NCBI GenBank assembly: GCA_905331295.1
Contig: CAJNYD010000157.1
Location: 62,001 to 100,889, forward strand
Length of the DNA stretch: 38,889 nucleotides
Direction: 5' to 3'
Source: Rotaria socialis
Lineage: Eukaryota
The position numbers and the translations under genes were made by a program. How positions within the stretch are numbered: the first letter of the stretch is position 1; every line of letters starts with the position of its first letter. The notes beneath the pieces are model-generated. The model was given only the letters and a program-made list of their open reading frames with translations. It was not told the DNA's origin and ran no database searches. Below are positions 29,739 through 38,889 of this stretch, piece after piece.

Positions 29739-31169
29739 ACGACACGAAAATATTAGCCAAGAACAAACTCTTTTGCTTATTGTCCAGTTGTTTATTGAAT
29801 ATTTCAGAAATAATATGTTTACATCGTAATTTTGATTTTCAGAGAAAAATAAAAGAATAAAAATCGATTGTATCTCAATTAGTGCTATATGGATACTTTG
29901 CCGACAAGTGCTTGTCTACAGGACGGGGTGTTATACTCGTAGTTAATGTGATTGGTTTCGGATTCAATCGTATCGTTGTTCATACATGTTTGAAAACAAA
30001 CTTTGCTTTTTTATTTTCTGTTTCCGAAACACAGAAAACGCTGTTTCAAATTGATATACATTTCTCTCCACGAAACAATTTATTTTCTTCTATCTTCTGA
30101 TATATCGAATATGTTTCATATGAATTTCTGGATGAAATGTTGAAGAAATATAGAACTTTCGGCATAACTAAATAACGCAGGGAAAGAATAACGGATTACA
30201 ACAGATCAAATTCAAAACGATTAGAGCATTTATACATGAGCGAGGTGTAGTAACCAGCTCTTCTTGACTGATTGAAATTCATGCAGCAGCTCGCACTCTG
30301 TTAGCGGAGTTCATTGGCCAGCTGTTTTTATCTGAGCGGAATTTCTTTTGAAGTATTTCAAAGTACTAAAATACCATGTTTTCGTATTGCAATTCGCTCA
30401 GAGCAAGGAACCCGTCAGATACTTGCTGCCAACCATTTGTATGCAATGATTGACAAGAGATATGTCGCAGGCTTTCCAGAACATACTTTCGCTTACAATG
30501 AAATCCGTTTTATTACATTGCATATTTTTATTCAACAGGAATGCCGTTCAAAGCATTTGTTTTGTTGCTCTATCACTTAGATTGTCCAGTATTGTCAAGC
30601 TTGAAACTGCTGATACTCTGCAAGATGACAACTGGAATATTTTGTCTTAAATAATGTTGACATCGATTCAATTTTGTCAGCGTTTAGCTCTTTTTAAAAA
30701 TATACTACAATTGCTCTAAGAATGCCTTTCGAATAAAAGGAGAAATTTTATGATAGAATTTATCTCAAAATTAGAATATAACTAGTCAGTCGAATTTGAA
30801 GGGCGTGCGTTTATGACTCTTCACACAATCCACGGCCACACACTATTTTTGTCATCTGTGTTAAAATCAAACTACAAAATATTATAATTTTAGTAATACT
30901 TTTGAATTTGATTTCTATCCGAAAATGTATGCGTAGGAAAAGATTGAGACTCGCAACCACCAACGTGCACGTACATTCTCCGTATGGCAATCCTCGATTG
31001 CCAACTCGTGAAGAAAAAATTAACAATATTGTCGCTAGTTGCCCGTAGTCAATTGCTTTTCATTAGTTTCTTTTGCAACCGATAAGAGAAAAATGTCAAT
31101 ATAAAGTGTTTATTATTATATTATTATTTGACGTCATTTTTTGTTTCTACAAAATATAGATTTAAAACT

Positions 31170-32191
<1,022 letters not shown>

Positions 32192-32793
32192 AAATAATTT
32201 TAAGCTTTTGATTATTTTATTGAGATCTGAGAGACTATATATATATATTATTAATGTTTCTTCGTTGATAAGAAAGCATAAAATTCTTTTCCTCATGTAT
32301 ATACGATTCAGTACATTCCTTTTTCATTATTCAAAATCATGATATTTTTTCCGTTTTAATTCGTGCCGCTATTGATAAACATGCTTTTACGCGTTTGTTT
32401 GTTTTTCTGTACGTATGCTTACGAATCTCCTTAGTTTCGGTGACATCTTATTTATACACAAATTTCAAGTACAACTCTTAATATATGTAATATGTATTAA
32501 TAACAGCACGGGAAAAAAAACCCAATTGTGTTTCTTTAGTTCAATGTCCTATCTCTATCGATAGAGATTCATTTAAGATCACTTGCAAACATACTAATCA
32601 CTTACCTAATAATAAAAGAATTTTTTTCTCAAAATCAACGAGAACTATGCTAGCAAACCAAATATTCTGGAAGTCTTGATCGCTTTTGCTCAATCATAAA
32701 GTAGTGCTCTTACCGGTTTACAAGGATGATTCATGCTGTTCTGTGTCTTTCTCACAACTATACGTTCAGTTTATAATGATTTATTTTTGATAG

Positions 32794-32939
32794 GCCGAGC
32801 ACCTGACGATCAAATGGGAGTGGGAATATTTTATAATGATCGGCAAACTCGTCGTTTAACCGGAACACTCAGCTCAGCTGTAGACTTGAATATTAAAAAA
32901 GAAAAGTCAAATTGTTCAAAGTGTAATTATAGTGTATAA
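32794..32939 (+). CDS. Probable alternative terminal exon of Rab4
   Basis: The acceptor tttttgatag is in phase with the exon-6 donor (TCA G|), giving G-RAPDDQMGVGIFYNDRQTRRL...KSNCSKCNYSV*. This resembles the Rab4 tail GELDPERMGSGIQYGD...RQL...C.C. Confidence 0.6.
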
Positions 32940-33642
32940 TATTGTGCTCCTACAATAAAATAAATTCCAAATCCTTATATGCTTTTTCTTCCTGTATTGA
33001 ATATTCAACTTATTGGTAGAGTAACTCATAGAGTTCTGGTAACTTATCATATGGATATAAGATATACGATTCTGACGTTTGTCATACAATAAGAAAACTT
33101 ATGAAATCATCTATTATATCTCACGAAAGTTAATTGAGCTAAATTAATTGGCAAATCTGTTACACAGCGAAAAAATTGCATTTGATTGATTGAAATATCA
33201 AAAGTAATGAAGACAACTTATCACTAGGTCTAAAGATTATTCATAGTGTCATTGCTTACGACATCTAGGTGATGGACTCGCTCAATGGTCGATTGTAGGT
33301 TCCACTCAGTGCTGCTGTTAAGCATATATCTCTTTTATAAGATATTGTTTCAAAAAAGTCAGAAGAAAAGAAAAAACGGTTCGGGTGCATGCACTCTGAC
33401 GCATATAATATAAATGGCCTATCTACATTACAGATCAAAGTCCATATTCGAAAGATCATATTCGAGAGAAAAAATTATATTTACAGCACATATGATTCTG
33501 CACGTATTTGTAGCACTGGGATATGGCAAGACACACTACATATATGTTTTTTAAGATGCTGATCTCATTTAGATGGAAAAAGAACGATTTTTATTCTACT
33601 CTAAACGCAAATAAAATATAATCTACTTTTTAATTTAAGATA

Positions 33643-35378
33643 ATGACGTCGACTGTTAATGAAAACGATCAGCCAATGTGGAATAATTTTAATCTATTTG
33701 CTTCCACAACGGATAGTGTAACGGAAGAAACAATTAAGTTTCAAGGAACAATTCCTGAATGGTTAAAAGGTACTCTTTATCGTAATGGTCCAGGAGCAAA
33801 TGAAGTCAATAATGATTTAACAACATCGGTTTATCATGCATTCGATGGTTTTGCTTATATTCAAAAATATAATATTGATGGACCATCGCAAACAGTTCGT
33901 TTTCGTGGTTCATTTATTAAATCACGTGCATACACTGAAGCATTAAAACATGGCCATTTAACTGTACGACAATTTGGTACAGATCCATGCAAATCAATTT
34001 TTGGTCGATTTCAATCGCTTTTTATGCGACGTGACCCAAGTACATTTTCTGATGATACAGGTGTTACCGTTCAACTCGTGCAGAATGAATTATTAGCACT
34101 TACAGAAACAATAGGAGGCAGCGTCATGGATCCTGACACATTGGAATTTTTAGGTCCACTGAGAGCTCTTCCTTATGATCAAAAAGTCGATTCGGAACTC
34201 TTCACACTGACGACAGCTCATGTAATGCATGATGACAAACGCCAAATGACAGTTGGCTACGGCGGAAGAATTTCACGTAAAGAACATTGGCTGGATGTTA
34301 TCTTCATATCGGATGAGCCATCAAAGACAGATAAAATAGGTTAGTTTATACATTGAAAAAAAACAATCAGTAATATTTTATTGAAATATTCCTGATTAAA
34401 ATAGAAGATGGTGATATAGATGAGCAGTTGTCTCTCAAAGATCATTTTATTCATATTACAAGAAATATGAATGAACGTTGCAAAGATTATAATCAACGTA
34501 TTAAATCAAGTGCAAAAATGTTTCGTTTTCCGTATGAAAATCCATGTTATATGCATTCGGCATCTATTAGTGAAGATTATTTGATTTTTACAGAAATTCC
34601 ATTGCATTTTAATACATTCAATGCCATTTGGAATAGTATTAGCGGTGGAACAATAATCGATATGTTTAAATGGCATGGTCAAACAAAGCCAACTTACTTT
34701 CGTATTATTAGTTTAGATACTGGTGAACAAATAGCACGTATTCCTGGTCCAGCATTTTTTATGTTTCATCATATTAATTCGTACCAAAGCAAAGATAATA
34801 AAAAGAAAATTACTGTTGATATTTGTGGCTTTGATGATCCTCGAATTATTAATGAGCTTTATTTAGACAAACTACGTGAAAATATATTTCCTTCAGGTGC
34901 TGGTTATCTTAGAAGATTTGAATTAGATTTAGACGCCAATACATGTATTGAATCAAACGCGAATGCAAGAGAACCCAAAGGAATTCACCGTGAGAGTTAT
35001 GCCAATAGTCTTGTGCCAGTTCAATTTGAATTACCGCGTATCAATCCAATCTTTATTACTAAACCGTATCGATATATATATGCTGTACGTGCACCACCTG
35101 GTCGATTGTTTGATGGATTAATTAAATTAGATGCTGAATCAAAACAGCAGGTAGCTGTATGGGAAGAACCATGTTCATCGCCAAGTGAACCTATTTTTGT
35201 TCCGCGACCTGATGCAAATTCTGATCAAGAAGATGATGGAGTTGTTTTATCGATCATTTTAGAACAACACGCAAAACGATCATTTATACTTGTGCTTGAT
35301 GGCATCACATTTAAAGAACTTGCTCGTGCTTATCTTCCTATTCATATTCCTTTATCGTTTCATGGTAATTTTTATTAA
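33643..35378 (+). CDS. Carotenoid cleavage oxygenase (BCO/RPE65/NinaB family, about 556 aa)
   Basis: Exons: 33643-34339 and 34405-35378. Motifs GTIPEWLKGTLYRNGPG, HAFDG, PCKSIFGRF; four Fe-ligand His contexts TTAH, YMHS, FHHIN, SFHG; also FELPRIN, PSEPIFVP, EDDGVVLS. Confidence 0.95.
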
Positions 35379-36296
35379 GCGTCAATACTTTTGTTTGTTA
35401 TTTCATATTAAGTTTAAAATGTAAGCCTTGACTAAATTTCGTCATTGTTCAACAGAAAAGAATATTTTTGAATCTTGTGTCATTTTGTGATAAAATGTAG
35501 CATTGAACAGCAAATACGTAGTGTCTCGTTAGATCAACATAAATATGATTATCTTCTCTTTTTTTCAATCATTTTTAGAAGCATGACTTTTTTGTCTCAT
35601 TTGATTCTTAAAAAACTTTCGCTGTTTTCACAAAATTGTTCTTTAGAGTTGCATTTAGTAATGGATTTATTTTCATCTGTGTCATTAGTGCTGCAATGAT
35701 TTGTCTAGTTCGATCGACGGCGATCGAATAAACCTTTAGGTTGAAATATTGATCGAGATTCTTGACCATACTAATTCATTGTTGAAAATTTACTTTCACA
35801 CGGTTTTCAACAGAAAAAATTATTAAACAACGATTTGCATAGAAGATGAACTTTTCTATTGTCATGTTTCCTCTGTGCCAATATTTAATATGAATATATT
35901 TCTTGTGTTATTATTTTCTTGCTGAAAAGTGATTTATAAAACTAAAAGTAGCACGTTTTTTTTGTTAATTCTGTACCCATTGCACGGATAAATTTGTTTC
36001 CTGAAAAGACTCAAATTCTCTATTGACTGTTTATTCTATAATATCATATAGCAACATTAAAACGAATGGAAAACATTCCAATAATCCTTTCCATTCGTTC
36101 ATTTCCATAAAAAGCTCCTATACTCTCTGAATTCAAGAAGGATAGATAATGAAACGCACCATTTATAAGACATACTAAACTAGTAGTAATTCCTTTATTT
36201 TCAAGATAGAGACACTCGAAACATTGCTGAAATAAATATTAACAGTTTCAAATGTAGATAACTGCTAACTCGATGTTTGAGTATTGAATGAATAAT

Positions 36297-36934
36297 TTAG
36301 CATATGCCACATTTTGCTTGGCGGGTGAGGGTATTATCGGTGAATACAATGGCTCCTGTTCGCGCATAGACGGAACCTGTATAGACAACATTGGGTGAAA
36401 GCCCGATGGATGTGTAGGCGAGAATATTTTCAAGGAATTCGCTATTTCCGCCAAGTGTGGTGCTGCTGCCTACCTGCCGAAAGACGCAACTGTCATTGGC
36501 ACCGTTAATTGTTCGGATTTGACTAAAATCTGCGGTCATGAGCGCAGTGCCAATCTCAAATATATATATATGCCTGTACCGTTCAATGTTAAAACACCCG
36601 ATAGTTGACTGATTGCAATGAGTGCCACTGCAGCTAAATAGTCGTAGGCCGTAGTAACGTCATTTTGAGCTGTTCCGGCGATACCAGTACCCAATTATTC
36701 GACACCATTGATCATACCGAACGGATTGAAACCAGTCAAGGCGACACTTGGAATGATGGCCAGATCTCCGTTGATGACGGTCAAGCCTGCGTTTGTAATC
36801 GTGGTGGCAGCAATCACTGCAAAACCTGCAGCAAGTCCCATATCTGGACAGATTTGCATACTAACCGCATTGATAGTCAGACATAACAGAATACCAGAAA
36901 TAGCACTGAGCTGCACGTTTTGTAAAATATATAT
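36297..36934 (-). pseudogene. DUF3494 ice-binding-protein-like pseudogene, originally secreted
   Basis: Signal-like N-terminus; FAVIAATTITNAGLTVINGDLAI.P..ALTGF.P.G.ING; AQNDVTTAYDYL; LTLNG.G.YIF.IG..L; VF(R)QVGSSTTLG.NS.F..NILA.TSI. Lesions: in-frame stop at 36697-36695, frameshift in (AT)n at 36560-36571, an internal deletion, and an apparent ATG>ATA start. Confidence 0.85.
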
Positions 36935-38199
36935 TGTTTTTCCGATGAATGAATGACTACAAGTGATGAAAAGTGCGATGCATCAACTATTTATACGCAT
37001 ATTTTTGATTCTCATTGTGTGTCAGTCTTTTTCTTTGTTCGAGGATAAACGAGAGAAATTGAGAGGGCGTTGCGGAGTAAAAACATAGAGAACGATGATA
37101 GATTGGATGGCGAAATCATCATCAACGAATTTTTAGATAAGCATTTTTTATTTGTGCAAGAGTGCACGCGTTAACGTGTGTCATTTTCTTATCGAAGAAT
37201 TGAGAAAAAAGAGGAAAAGATTAGCAGTTCTAGTCAAATTTATACAAAATATAGCTTTCCAATAGTAATACCATCACTCTCTCAATCTATGGAGAGCAGC
37301 GCTTCAGTACCACGATGGATACAGATCGGCAAGTGTATTTACACAGAAAGGTGAATGGGACATTTATCTTGAGAAAATGCATTGAGGTAAATCGTACTAA
37401 CAATTTTCTGTACGAATTTCATACGAATAGTTCTTTTTTTCAGACAGACCGGTTGATAATTTCTCAGCAGACATTGATGTAAACCGATTTTTGTTGAACA
37501 GAGATCTATAATTCAACAGTGTTCAATGTTTACATTTTTTTTGCGACAAACTCCAAGTTAATTCTTGTGGTTATTCTTGTACTTGTATTTGTGTCGATAC
37601 CATTTGAAGTGCGTCACTTTATGTCGAGATCTTCAATAACGTCATCGACGATGTAGATGTGAGTCTCTTTTTACAAGTATCCACATTCATCTCTTCTCCC
37701 GTTACCTTGAACAATTTTGAACATGAGTATAAGCATAACGTCGAACAAATAATCTTTTACATTCGTATCAATATTTTTAGTATAGCATCTACTATTTAAA
37801 TATTTAACAAAATCTATTGAATGAAAATCGACATTCCATCTATTTATGTAAACTACGATGAAGATAGAAAAAACAAGAGATCGACAATATTTGAATGCCA
37901 TACCATTTCATTTCTTACTTATTTACTGATACATGGAAACGAACCATTCAATTAGTTAATTATGAATATTCGAGAAAATTCATTGATGAAAAGCGCGAAA
38001 TTAAGCAGCCGTACTGAATTTAAATGAGTGACAACCCAAGATTTCACGAACACAAATTACATCATCAAACCATTAGGATCATTTAGAACATTTCTATAAA
38101 AAATCAAAAAAACAATTCATGAGTCATTTTACATAGACGAAATCGGCCATGATAGTTACTATCACACTCCACCATCTACACAAACACTTTCATAAAACT

Positions 38200-38889
<690 letters not shown>

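Noticed and set aside
37560..37901. 76-aa minus ORF with a hydrophobic start
   Set aside because: No motif and no consistent exon structure.

Overview
This is eukaryotic, AT-rich DNA with many short (about 50-80 nt) GT-AG introns. The gene content (NHL propeller, pentapeptide repeats, PPC-like repeats, 84-nt LRR exons, DUF3494) most resembles a bdelloid rotifer; that assignment is inference. I spliced the genes by hand. In order, the window holds: (1) a minus-strand gene with nine exon-per-domain PPC-like repeats; (2) a TM-pentapeptide gene; (3) a RING-Bbox-coiled-coil-LRR (TRIM-LRR) gene; (4) a DHX15/Prp43 relic; (5) one spliced TM-coiled-coil-pentapeptide-NHL gene that the ORF track splits into three; (6) a bacterial-type DUF4139-like protein with an internal, nearly canonical ubiquitin ending LRLRGS; (7) a Rab4 pseudogene; (8) a divergent VCP/p97 with rewritten pore loops and a TIR element in its last intron; (9) Rab4 with a probable second terminal exon; (10) a carotenoid oxygenase; (11) a DUF3494 ice-binding-protein pseudogene; (12) the 3' end of an inverted second VCP copy with a gene-conversion-like tract. 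The best candidate for an undescribed system is the ubiquitin/p97-centred group: the DUF4139-Ub(G76S) gene divergently oriented to the remodelled p97, with a TRIM-LRR ligase nearby. Any functional link between them is inference only.
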